Source: Reclinomonas americana ATCC 50394 (Eukaryota). Taken from it: a DNA stretch of 64,000 bases. Below the pieces are notes generated by a model. That model searched no databases, was not told the origin of the DNA, and saw only the letters and a program-made list of their open reading frames with translations. How positions within the stretch are numbered: position 1 is the first letter of the stretch; every line of letters starts with the position of its first letter. The stretch covers positions 144,096-208,095 of the forward strand of contig PS015032.1 of assembly GCA_048213135.1 (NCBI GenBank), read 5' to 3'. Below, one piece after another: positions 32,401-44,515 of this stretch. The translations under genes were made by a program, and so were the position numbers.

Positions 32401-34095
32401 CACCGCGAAGCCTTGCAGGGCGAGCTGGAGGTTGAGCGTGCTGCCACATTTGCGGCGGAGAGGAAGTTCGACTCGGAAGTCGACAGCCACGGCCATACCA
32501 AGCGGAGACTGGCGGAGGAGGTGGCTGCTCTCGACAGCACCAACCGGAAACTGGAAGTGGAGGCTTCTGCCCACAACAGCACCAGACGCCAGTTGGACGA
32601 CGTGATGACTGCTCACAACAATACCAAGCGGAGACTGGAGGAGGTCGGCGAGCAGCTTCGTGCCAATCTCACCCGCCTTGACGAGACGGAGTTGGAGCTT
32701 ACCAAGTCCACCAGCACGATCGGCACCATCTCTGGGTTCCGCGACCAGCTCAGCCAGGAACTTGCCAATGCCAGGGACACGATCAGTGCCCTCAGATCGG
32801 AATGTGAGAAGATCAGAGCGGACCGTGAAAATCTCCGACAACAACTCGCGGACGCCATTAGCGAACTCAACACCGTGCGAGATCAACTAACGATTCAACT
32901 GGCTGCCGCGGTGGCGCAGTGTGAGCGCCTCCGCCAGGAACTTGCCACTGCTAGGGACGCGATCCGCGCCCTTACCTCGGAGCGCGATCAGCTCAAGATC
33001 GATCTGGCCAAATCCGCTGAGGAAGGCGAACGCCTCCAACAACAACTCGCTGCGGCCAACCGCAAATTCGCCGCTCTCAGCGACCAACTTGCCACCGCGA
33101 CCGTAGAATTCAATCGCCTTGCCGAGCAGCTGACGGCCGCCACCACGCAGCGCGATAACGTCAAGCGCAACGCCGCGGTTTTCGCCGCGCAAGCCAAGGC
33201 CGAGGTACAAGCCATGCTGCGGGAGATTGACGAGGCCCTCACCTCCATCAATCGCGATGCCAACGGCACTCAAGAGACCAGTGGCGCCTCGTCCTCTGGC
33301 AGCAGTCCAGTGCCACCAATCGCCACAGCAGCAGCGCCAGCAGCAGCAGCGCCCACCGACATTGTCGTCGCCCCTCAGCCGCCGGTGTCACCGCGTCCCC
33401 TCCGCCCCGACGACCGCGAGCTCCCCTCCCGCCCGCAACAAGGCAACGCCAGCTGGATGACGCAGTACAGCGACGACCCGCAGAGCAACACCAACATCCT
33501 CGTTGTCGCCTGCGAGGCCCAACGGCCACTCCAACGCACCCTATCGCAGTCTCTGCAAATGGCCGGTGGCCTTGTGCAGGGTCGCCGCTTCGTGTTCACG
33601 GCGACAGAGCGATGCACGCCCGCCGACCTCAAACGGCACCAGTGCATCGTATACTGCCACCGCGCCGAAACTCGTGTGACGCCAGTGGAGATTCGCGACT
33701 CGGCCATGTCTGTTGGAGGTGAGCGGCAAAAGGGAAGAAGAGAGAAGAGACATCAGCACGTCACTCATCACTATCCCCCTGCGCAGTCGACGTGGAGCAA
33801 GACCGCGTCCTCGTGCTGGTCGTGACGCCCAAGAGCGGCACCATCGACCTCCCTGACATGGCGCGATGCTTGAAGTACGGCCTCGAGAAGGACCGCGGCA
33901 CGCCAGACTTCGTGCGGTTCGACTCCCGCGCCTCAGTGCTCGTCGAGGAGCGGGAGACTCGAGTTGCGTTGATGTGCCCCCTCTGTTTACCAGCCACTGC
34001 CTTTCTCACACTGTGCACCACAGACAATTGCCCGAGATGAACTGGTGCAGTTTGTGCGTTCTGCCGTGGTGCCGGTTCTGCCGGAGAGAGAATAG
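29412..34095 (+). CDS. Protein with N-terminal CBM48/AMPK-beta-like E-set domain, ~1,150-aa coiled coil and C-terminal alpha/beta domain
   Basis: Exons from ATG 29412, 29546-29706, 29764-33718, ~33787-33962 and 34024-34095 (TIARDELVQFVRSAVVPVLPERE*) splice in frame. N-terminal motif pattern VTLTF…VFLV…W…IRL…WEACVSLPIG…FTFFV…W…NTVMI. Confidence 0.8.
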
Positions 34096-34330
34096 TGAGA
34101 ACTTGTTTAAATACGTGCAGTGAAGAACTGGACACGATGCAAACCTTTGCCGTCCACCCGTCCCCATTTTCTCCTTGCACACGTCTGCGCACTGCAGACA
34201 ATTGCCCGAGATGAATAGGTGTAGTTTGTGCACAGCACGGTGGTGCCGGCGCTGGAGAATGATAGCGAAGTTATTGTTGAAAGAACACAACACAGTGCAG
34301 TTTCCCTTTCGCAGTGGTGCCGATGCTGCC

Positions 34331-34361
<31 letters not shown>

Positions 34362-35010
34362 CTGTGAAGATCTGAATGCATTGCAAACCATTGCCGCCCA
34401 CTCGTCCACGGTCAACCTCACACGTGATGCAAAGACAACTGTGCAAGATGAACTGGTGCAGTTTGTGCACAGCACGGTGGTGACGGTGCTGGCAGAGAAT
34501 TAGAGCACGAAAATGTAAACCGTGCTCCAAGTTAGTGCGGTGTGTCTTTCGCAGTGGTGCCGGTTCTGCCAGAGAGAGAATAAGCAAGCAACTTGTTTAA
34601 AGAAGCGCAGTGACGACTTGACACACCGTTGCCGCCCAATCGTCAGCAGTCCACGTCATCCGTGTTATCCCATCCGCGAGAAAAAGACAATTGCGCGAGA
34701 TGACTGGTGCTGGAGAGAGAACAACAACAGAGCAGTGGGGAACTTGTTTCACGACGTAGTGAAGACTTGAACTTCTCACCTTGGACATTCTCCCGTCCTC
34801 ATTCTCCCCTCACACACTTCTGTGCTACACGAGATTAACTGGTGCAGTTTGTGCCTTCCGCGTTGGCGCCGGTGCTACCAGAAAGAGAATAGTCAGCAAC
34901 CTGTTTAAATACGTGTAGTGAAAACTTGAACATCGACAAACCTTTCAGTCCACCTGTCCACATGCCACCTCTTCGTAGAGACATTATGCTGGCGAGAGAG
35001 AGAGAGAGAG
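34024..35010 (+). repeat. Tandem degenerate copies of the terminal exon and its flank
   Basis: ag|acaattgcccgagatgaactggtgcagtttgtgc variants at 34024, ~34198, ~34434, ~34687 and ~34830. Confidence 0.85.
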
Positions 35011-35159
35011 AGCAGTGAGAACCCTGTTTGAACATGCGCTGTGAAGACTTGAACATCTCACCTTTGCCTTCCGCCCGCCCACATTCCTCCCCCCCTCCCC
35101 CCCCTCTCTCTCCCTCGTCCCATCTCCCTTGTATAGATATATCACATTCTACTTACATT

Positions 35160-38100
35160 CTACGAGGCCTCGGGACTCACAATATTCAAAATTACCGCCG
35201 GCACCGCCCCCAAGCACACCGCGCCACCTGCCAAACCCATCAGTCCCACTGCCACATCCATCCATCCATTCTCATCGTCACCGACTCACCGACAAACGCC
35301 ACAAACCACACCGACCACCACCTCCGCACAAAGCTCCAACACCGCGATGGCCCACCACAGCACGGCGCATCACAGCACAGGCACAGCGCAGCCGGACATG
35401 CACTGCACCCACGTGAGGCACAGTGATGATGAGAAGGGAAAGAGAGAAAAAATGATCGCAACTTGCACGGCCGACCGCAGTGCACACCGCAGCACTGCCG
35501 CTTGCCCATGTCGCGTATTATGGAGCCGTCGTAGTAGCGGGTGCTGCGCGCCTTCACCAGGTCACGGTTCATCGAGCGGCCGCGATAGAACATGATCGCC
35601 GGGAGCATGTAGTTGAGAACCACTGCGAGGGGGGAAAGGGGAAGGGGGAGGGGGGAGGGAGGAGAGGGGGGAAGGGGGGAAGAGGGGAAGGGAAGGGAGT
35701 GAGAGACAGAAGGGGGTGGAGAATGGGAGACGAGACGGCGACCGATGGAAGAGAAGACCGCAAGGGAGATGAGGAATGAGGAGAACGGGAGAGAGAAGGG
35801 AATGGAAGCCAATGTTGCGAGAGTGGCAGGGTGACAGCCAGGATCACTGTTGAACTTGCTTCACTCACTCTCTCTCTCTCCCTCTCATTGGCTCTCTCAC
35901 TCTTTGCCCACTCATTTCCATCTTACTCGTTTTACCTCTCTCCATTTGCCTCTCTTTCTATTCCCTCTCTTCTTGCCTCTCACTTAAGTGTGTTCGGGTG
36001 CATGCGCGTGTGTGTATTTTTTGTTTGATTAGTCACAAAGCATCTACTCTTCTGTTCTATTTTCTCTGCCGCCTCTCCGTGGAAACGAAAGCAGCACAGA
36101 ACCAAAACTGGATCTGACTCTTGTGCTGGACTTTCTTCCCTTTCTGTACAAGCGCTGTCGGCCACCACAAAAGTTCTCTGCTCCCGGCGCGTGCATTTGT
36201 CGCTTCGCACTTGTCGTTGCTATCAGTGTCTTCCTCTTCACTCCCGCTCACTCACTCTCTCCCTGCACTGATATTTCATCCCTCACTGTTCTATTCCACT
36301 CTCTACTCAGTAGTGCCACTTTGACGTGTACTTGCTCTCTCTCTCCTCTCCCTCTCTTCACTCTTTCTCTTTGTCTCTCTCTCTCTCTTTCTCTCCGCAT
36401 GTGTGTGTGTGCGTGTCCTGTTCACTCCACACTGCTGCTTCCTTCCTCACTCTTCTTTTCCACTCTGGATTCACTCGTGCAACATCGCAGATATGACTGC
36501 GCCTTCTGACTTCCTCTCCCGCTGTGAATCACTGTGCGCGTATCCCCCTCTCTTCCTCCTCTCTCCCCTCCCCCCTCTCCCCCCCTTCCCTCCCTCCCCT
36601 TCCCCCTCTCTTCCCTCCCCACCACCCACCCGCCGCCGTCGCCCCCGTTATCCCAAAAATATCCTCCACATTCGGCACCAGCACCGCCAGCGCCGTCGCC
36701 AGCACCACAATCGACGTCGTGGTGACAATATTGACCCACACCGATGGCATGTAACGGTGCAGCCACAGGGTCTCCAGCTGGCGAAAAAAAAGAGTGAGAG
36801 AGCGGAAATCTGCACATTGCACATTGCTTTCTCCCCTCCCCTTTCTCTCTCGCCTTTTTTTCTCCTCTTGCGCTTTGCTGTCTCTGGCTCACCCTTTCGT
36901 CGCAGAACTCTCTCTTCTCTCGCACTGCCCACTTACATGATAGCGCGCGCCGTAGTGAATCAGCGGAAACGAAAAAATGACCACCACCATCAGGCCCACA
37001 CGCGCCGCATTCACCGCACCGTCGTCCACCGGATACGACTCGAGAATGTTGCCGCTCGCTGCGATGGGAGGAGTGAGCGGTCGAGAACCGTATTCGTGCG
37101 AGGAAGAGACGCACCGTAGCTGAAAAACGTCAAGTAACCGAATACGCCAACGGTGAGGTACACCAGCAGGCACGTGCCAATGGCAAACAGAATCACTGCG
37201 CGGGTGGAGGATTTGCTCATCCCGCGCACCACTGCGAATAAGGGGAAAGGTGCTGAGTCAGCGGTCGAGCACGATCGAACACCACAAATGAGCACCTCCA
37301 TCCACAGCATCTTCCCTGCCTCTCTCTCTCTCTCTTCTCTTGTCTCTCTCCCACAAGCACCATTGCCAAGCATCTCTTCTCGTTCTCGTTTCTCTCCAAC
37401 AAACACAATCACTACGAATCTCTTCTCGTGTCTCTCAAACTCGCACTATCACCGGCATCATTTCTCTTCCCTCTCTCCACAAGCAGTTTCAATGAGCATA
37501 TCTTCTCCTTTATCACTGTGCAGCTCCCTTCTCTTGTCGTTCTCCAGAAGCAGTACCACTGGGCAATTCCACTCTTTCCCCCACAAGCACCATCACTGAG
37601 CATTTCTTCTCCTTCTTCGTGTCTCTCCAACAAACACAGTCACTAGCCTCCTCTCTTTCCTCGTCTCTCCAATAACTGAGCATTTCTTCTCATCCCTCGT
37701 CTCTCTCCAACAAACACAGTCATCGAACATCTCTTCTCGATTCTTGTCTCTCCCCCAGAATACCGTAACAGAGCATCACTTCGCCTTTCTTGCCTCTCTC
37801 CAATATGCAGTTACTGAGCATCTACTCTTTCCATGTGTCTCTCTCCAACAAGCACCTCGCCGACAATCTCTTCCCCTTGTCTCTCTCGAACACAAACAGT
37901 TACTGAGCAATTGACTCTCCTCTTTCCCTTCTTGCTCCCCTCCTTCTCTCTCCGCTCCCTCCTCCTGCAGCCTTCACCCTCCCTCCCTCCCTTCACCCTC
38001 CCTTCCCCCTTCCACCCTTCCCCCATCCGCCCTTCCCCTTTTACCCCCCCTTCGCCCTCACCATGCGGAAACTGCGTGTGACAACTAAACGCAAACGAGT

Positions 38101-41100
38101 AAATCGGCAACGACAAGAACAACGCCCACGGCGCCTCCGTCACCAACTGCACATGCGTCGTCCACGGTCCCTGCACCGCCGGCGGCAACGGGCCCGCCGC
38201 CGTCCGATCAATGTCAAAGCAGCGCACCACCACCACTCCCACCACCCACAGAATGCACACGACGGCCAGCGCGCTGGTGTAGCGCAGGGCGTGAATCTCG
38301 CGCGGCAGGCACAGGGGCCAGATGAAGATGGCGCACACGATGCCGGTGGCCACCCGGCGGTCGGAGAGGAAGGAGTCTGCGGGAGGGGGGAGTTAGAGGG
38401 GAAGGGGGGAGAGGGAAAGAGGGAAGGGGAGGGAGGGGAAGGGGAGTGAAGAGGGGGAAGGGGGGAGGGGGAGGGAAAGGGGAAAGAGAGGGACAGGGAA
38501 TGGAGGGAGAGGAAGAGGGCGAGGGCGAGGGGGAGGGAGGAAAGGGGGTACAGGGTGGGCGGGAAGAGGAGATGGAAAACGAGAGAGAGAGACACGCGCA
38601 GAGAGTGAAAGAGAGGGAGAAGGAGTCAGACTGTGTGATACAGAAACAGACAGAGAGACAGTGACAGAGATAGAAAGAAACAGAGAGAGCGAGAGGTGAA
38701 GACGGAGACACACACACACACAAACACAGAGAGAAAGAGCAAGAGAATGAGAGAGACACACCTGCCCCAAACCACTCGCTGGAGAGACTGGAGGCGAGCT
38801 CGCCGCACACGTTAGCGTAGGCCACCAGTGCGCCGAAATTGAACATGATGGAGAAGACGTCGACAAACTGGCGTCCGCGGCGGCCCAGGTAGTACTGCGG
38901 AGAATGGGGAAGGGTGGGGAGTGAGATGAAAGGGAAAGAGAAGGCAGAGAAGGTGAAGTGAGGAGAGAGATGAAAGGCAAGGAGTGGAGAGATCCACGCC
39001 CTCTTCCACTTTCCCGCTCCTCTCTTTATGTTTCCTGCCCCACTTTTCTCCTTGTATTCGCTCTTTATCTCTGAGGAGATGCAGGGAAGGGTGTGCGACA
39101 AAAAGGGAAAATGGGAGGACTGTGAAGGGAAATTAACGGAAATGAGTGGAGTGAATCTCTTTCCAACTTCTCCAGTTTCTCCCGGTCCATCATTCTGTCT
39201 TCTACTCCATTTACGACACCATTTCCTCACTCGTCTCCATTTCTCGCTCGTGCATTTGATCTCTCTCACTCTTCATCCGTAGGGAGGTGCAGGGAAAGGG
39301 GCCTCTCTCTGCCTTAACCCCAAAGGAGATCAAGACATAAGGAACGGGGTGCGAACAGACTTGCTAACCTCTCTCTCGGACAATCTTTCTTTCTCGGCTC
39401 CTCTCCCAGTCTCTTCCCCTCTCTATCTTACTCATCCAGTGATTATACTGGTGACCACTCCACTCCCGCTGCGAATACAATCACGATTGCACTCTCTTTT
39501 CTTCCATTCTCTCGTGCATTCTCTTTCACTTTTTGTCTCCCTTCCCCCTTCTCCCCTTCTCCCCTCTCCTCACCTCGCTCAACCGCTCATACGTAAACAC
39601 CGGCAACCGCGCATACTCGCCGGCCTTTTGCAGCATATACAACGTCAACATGGACACCGCAGCGATCAGCAGCACCAGCGACACGCCCAGCGCAAATCCC
39701 GCACTTCGAATGGCGAACGGAAGTCCTGGAAAGAACGGAAATGTCAGCGCGTGAGGGAAAGAGAAAGGAAACAAAGGGCGATGATGGAATGGCGATGTGA
39801 CAGCTAACTGCAAGAGTTCAAGGCGAGAACGTGGAGCGAGTGAGTGAGTGACAGGGAAACAACAGAGCGAGACAGAAGACATCAAGGACAGAAAAGCAAG
39901 AGAGCGAGACAGAAGACTTCAAGGACAGGGGAACAAGAGAGCGAGACAGAAGACTTCAAGGACAGGGGAACAAGAGAGCGAGACAGAAGACTTCAAGGAC
40001 AGGGGAACAAGAGAGCGAGACAGAAGACTTCAAGGACAGGGAAACAAGAGAGTGAAACAGCAGACTGCAAGGACAGGGAAACAAGAGAGTGAGACAGAAG
40101 GCTTGAAGGATAGGAAAGCAAGAGAGTGAGACAGCAGACTTCAAGGACAGGAAACAAGAGAGCGAGGCAGAAGACTGCAAGGACAGGGAAGCAAGAGAGT
40201 GAGACAGAAGACTTCAAGGACAGGAAAGGAAGAGAGTGAGACAGAAGACTGCAAGGACAGGGATGCAAGAGAGCGAGACAGAAGGCTTCAAGGACATGGG
40301 AACAAGAGAGCGAGACAAGGACAGGGAGACAAGAGAGTGAGACAGAAGACTTGAGTGACAGGGAAACAAGAGAGTGAGACAGAAGGCTTCAAGGACAGGG
40401 AATCAAGAGAGTGAAACAAGGACAGGGAAACAAGAGTGAGACAGAAGGCTTCAAGGACAGGGAATCAAGAGAGTGAGACAGAAGGCTTCAAGGGACAGGG
40501 AACGACAAAGTGAGCTTCAAGAACAGGAAAGCAAGAGAGTGAGACAGAAGACTTCAAGTCAGGGAAACAAGAGTGAGACAGAAGACTGCAACGTCAGGGA
40601 AACAAGAGAGCGAGACAGAAGACTTCAAGGACAGGGAAACAAGAGAGTGAGACAGAAGACTTCAAGGACAGGGAAAAAAGAGAGCAAGACACAAGACAGT
40701 AGCAAAGCCCACATCTATCTCATCCTCCTCCCCACTTCCCCCCTTCCCCATCATCAACTCACCCAGCGTGCCCACCCCCAAAATCACATTCGCCAAATTC
40801 AACCCCGCGCCAATCGTGTGCCACACGCCATGCACCGGCGTCGCCGGCGCCACACTGCCGCCCCACTCCGCCGCACTGCTGCCGCCCTCAATCATCATGG
40901 ACTTTCTCCCGCCACTACCACCATCCTGTCCCTCCAGCATCAGCAGGCGATCGTCGTCCATGGCGGTCGGTGACAACTGCTGCTGGTTGTTGATGTCTGT
41001 GGTGCTGGCGCCGGCGGCTGCGTTGTCGCCGTCGTCGTCGTCGTCGCCGTCGTGGTGGTGGTGATGAGAAGGGGTCATCATGCCGATGCCGATGGTGGAG

Positions 41101-42303
41101 GCGTCAAAGGCCAGGGAGAGGGGCATGGCCTCGGAGCCGTCGTGGTGGGTGGCCTGTTGGAGGAGGAAGGGGGTAAAGGGAGGAGGAAGGGGGTAAAGAG
41201 GGGTAAAGAGGGGAAAGGAGGGGAAGGGTGAGGAAAAGGGTAAAGAGGGGAAGGAGAACGGGGGAAGGGAGAGGAAGAGAGAGAGAGAATGGAGAGAGAG
41301 ACAGAGGGGAAGAGAGAGAGAGAAGGAAATGGAGACAGAGAGAGGAAGAGACGGAGGAAGAGAGAGAGAGGAAGAGAAGGAGAGAGAGGAAGAGAAGGAT
41401 AGAGAACAAGAGAAGGAGAGAGAGGAAGAGAGGAAGAGAGAGAACACTGACGAGGAGAGACACGAAGAGTAAAGAGACAGAGTGATTGTCAGCGGATACG
41501 AGAGAAAGTAAACAATGCAAAATGATGAATGCAACAATGAGCGCGGTTGGACAAGCGCTTCTGCGCATGCAGTCGTACGCGAGCGAGCAGTGCAAGTATT
41601 ATGTCGAAAGGAGCGAAGGAGGGAAGCAACGTCCAGAGTGGGAGAGGAGAGCGAACGAGAGCCAGAGCGCGTGCATAACAGCAGGATGTCGCGAGTGTTC
41701 TCACTTGCACACGAAGCGATGAAACGCGAATGAGAGAGTGAGCGTGAAAGGAAAGGTGTGAGGCACGAGGTGAGGAAGAAACACGAAAGGAGCAACAGAG
41801 CGAGGGTGTGCGTGAGCNNNNNNNNNNNNNNNNNNNNGGTGTGGCAGTCGCGTGCACTATGAGAGACTGGGGCGAGAGACAAAAGGTGAGAGGAAATAAG
41901 AGGAAGAGAGAGACAGAAGAGAGTGCGAGAGAGATGAAGGAGGATGCAAGTCACGGCAATTGCCACACAGAGTGGGTGATGGGGAAGGAGAGAGTGAGAA
42001 AGGGGAGGCATTCGTGCGTACTATGGGCGAGAGAGAACCAGCAAGAGAGTGATATGAGAAGACCCACACACTGCCACCTGACTCCCTCCCCCTCCTCTCC
42101 CTCACTCTTCTCTCTCTCTCTCCTCACTCCCTTCCCTCTTCTCTCTCTCCCTCTTCTCCCTCTTCTCCCTCTCCTCACACCTCATCATCATCCGAGAAAT
42201 CACTGACTTGCGTGCTCACAGGGCTCGTGTCGACATCGACCACAGCTAATAGGCCGCGCGTGGGCGAGGCGGGCCCGGCACTCGAGCCCAACAACTCGGC
42301 CAT
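35160..42303 (-). CDS. Amino acid transporter, AAAP/Aa_trans (SLC38/SLC36-like) family, multi-exon
   Basis: NLANVILGVGTL|GLPFAIRSAG (TM1 motif), TYERLSE, LCLPREIHALRYTS, LPIYSFAFSCHTQFP, VGVFGYLTF, GNILESY, FSFPLIHY and VPNVEDIFGITGATAA. Last exon GGAVCLGAVPAVILNIVSPEAS*. Probable ATG at 42303. Confidence 0.93.
39850..40690. repeat. Intronic minisatellite, ~35 bp unit, ~22 copies
   Basis: Repeated gagacagaagacttcaaggacagggaaacaagagagt. Confidence 0.92.
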
Positions 42304-44515
42304 TCGCGCGCAAAAAAACACACAAAGAGGAGGACGAGCGAAGGACATGATGTGCATGCATTGTTTCGACGACGTTCGCTCGTCTCCTTGATTGATTTCT
42401 CGGTGGTATGCTAGTCATGGAAGGTGTGGGTCGGGATGTGGGTGGCGACTTGCAGCAACGATTTCGCGATCGGTAAAGCACAAACCGGTGCAATGCGCGA
42501 CGTCGGTGTTTTGCGCACTCGCAGCGTCCTGTTCGCTGAGGCGGCGTGCAACTAGCGGTAACTGTAAGGCACATATGCCCAATGCCCGCGACCGCCTGAA
42601 GGTGGTGGACGCAAACATGAAAACGATTTCAATTCCAATACTGGTACCGGTGTTGTTTCGACCTCCTCGCACTCGGTGTAACGCGCCTGGTGACAACTCT
42701 GTGGACCCAGTGCCATCTGTCCAAGACTCTTCTAACAACAACAATTCATTCACCAACAAACAAGCAACAGCTGTCTTGATGACCAAGTTCAACCGTATTG
42801 TCATGGTGCACATGGTGGACGCAACCAGATTGCGAGAAATCAAAGTCAGTCAGAACCGCAATATCGAAATCGATTTCTCGACCTCTTTTGCGATTGGACT
42901 CGGTTGTCAAGAGACCTGCTGTGATCGCTAACTTTGCTTGCTTGCCGGTGAATTGTTTCTCGGCAAGACTGGTGGTATTCGTAACAAACAAAACACTTCA
43001 TTCACCACATTCCAATAATGCGACAAATGTCCACAAATCCCTTGCCGACGATGACCATTGGCACACCAACAATATCAACACATAGATAAATCATCTCCAA
43101 CAGTCATCTTCCCTTTCAGGAGACAAAGCCAATCAAANNNNNNNNNNNNNNNNNNNNNNNNNNNNNNNNNNNNNNNNNNNNNNNNNNNNNNNNNNNNNNN
43201 NNNNNNNNNNNNNNNNNNNNNNNNNNNNNNNNNNNNNNNNNNNNNNNNNNNNNNNNNNNNNNNNNNNNNNNNNNNNNNNNNNNNNNNNNNNNNNNNNNNN
43301 NNNNNNNNNNNNNNNNNNNNNNNNNNNNNNNNNNNNNNNNNNNNNNNNNNNNNNNNNNNNNNNNNNNNNNNNNNNNNNNNNNNNNNNNNNNNNNNNNNNN
43401 NNNNNNNNNNNNNNNNNNNNNNNNNNNNNNNNNNNNNNNNNNNNNNNNNNNNNNNNNNNNNNNNNNNNNNNNNNNNNNNNNNNNNNNNNNNNNNNNNNNN
43501 NNNNNNNNNNNNNNNNNNNNNNNNNNNNNNNNNNNNNNNNNNNNNNNNNNNNNNNNNNNNNNNNNNNNNNNNNNNNNNNNNNNNNNNNNNNNNNNNNNNN
43601 NNNNNNNNNNNNNNNNNNNNNNNNNNNNNNNNNNNNNNNNNNNNNNNNNNNNNNNNNNNNNNNNNNNNNNNNNNNNNNNNNNNNNNNNNNNNNNNNNNNN
43701 NNNNNNNNNNNNNNNNNNNNNNNNNNNNNNNNNNNNNNNNNNNNNNNNNNNNNNNNNNNNNNNNNNNNNNNNNNNNNNNNNNNNNNNNNNNNNNNNNNNN
43801 NNNNNNNNNNNNNNNNNNNNNNNNNNNNNNNNNNNNNNNNNNNNNNNNNNNNNNNNNNNNNNNNNNNNNNNNNNNNNNNNNNNNNNATTCGAAGAAGGGA
43901 TCAGAATTCGAATTCGAAGTCGAATACACCGTGACGATTGTGTCCACTAGATCTCCTTATCTGTTCGCTTCTGTTGGCTTCCTCTATCAGGAGAGCAAGC
44001 CACCTGGTCTTTACTCTTCTGCAGTCGGGAGTAATATTGCTTTATCTGGACTGACTCACGTATTTTACATCACAATTGTCTTGCGTTGGCACAGCAACTG
44101 CGCGGTGAGTGCGGCTGGGTGGATGTGGCGTTCCTTGCATTGTACCACCCCTTCTCCTTGTTGTTTGCTTGGTCTCTTGCACTGACCACAACTTGTCTCC
44201 TTGTGTAGACAACCCTCACACACACATGCACACGTGACGCGCGCATTCGGGACCTCCGCACTGCCTCTCCACACCACCTGCGCGCTCTCCAAGAGGTGCC
44301 CCCCACTGCGTGTGTGTGTGTGTGTCGTCATCTCTCCACTCACACTTGGTTGAAGAAGGAAGGACGCACATGCTGTTGCGCATTCGTGCGTTTTCTTCTG
44401 TGGCCTCCTCCGCAGCGATGGTGGGTGGGTGGCGCATGTCATTACCACATGTGCATCCCGTGTCCAATCTCGCTCACTCTCCTCCTTCTCTTCACAGCTC
44501 ATCCCCCGGCCTGCC

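Noticed and set aside
39850-40690. CRISPR-like ~35-bp periodic array
   Set aside because: Units are head-to-tail with no unique spacers, it lies in a eukaryotic intron, and there are no cas genes; it is a minisatellite
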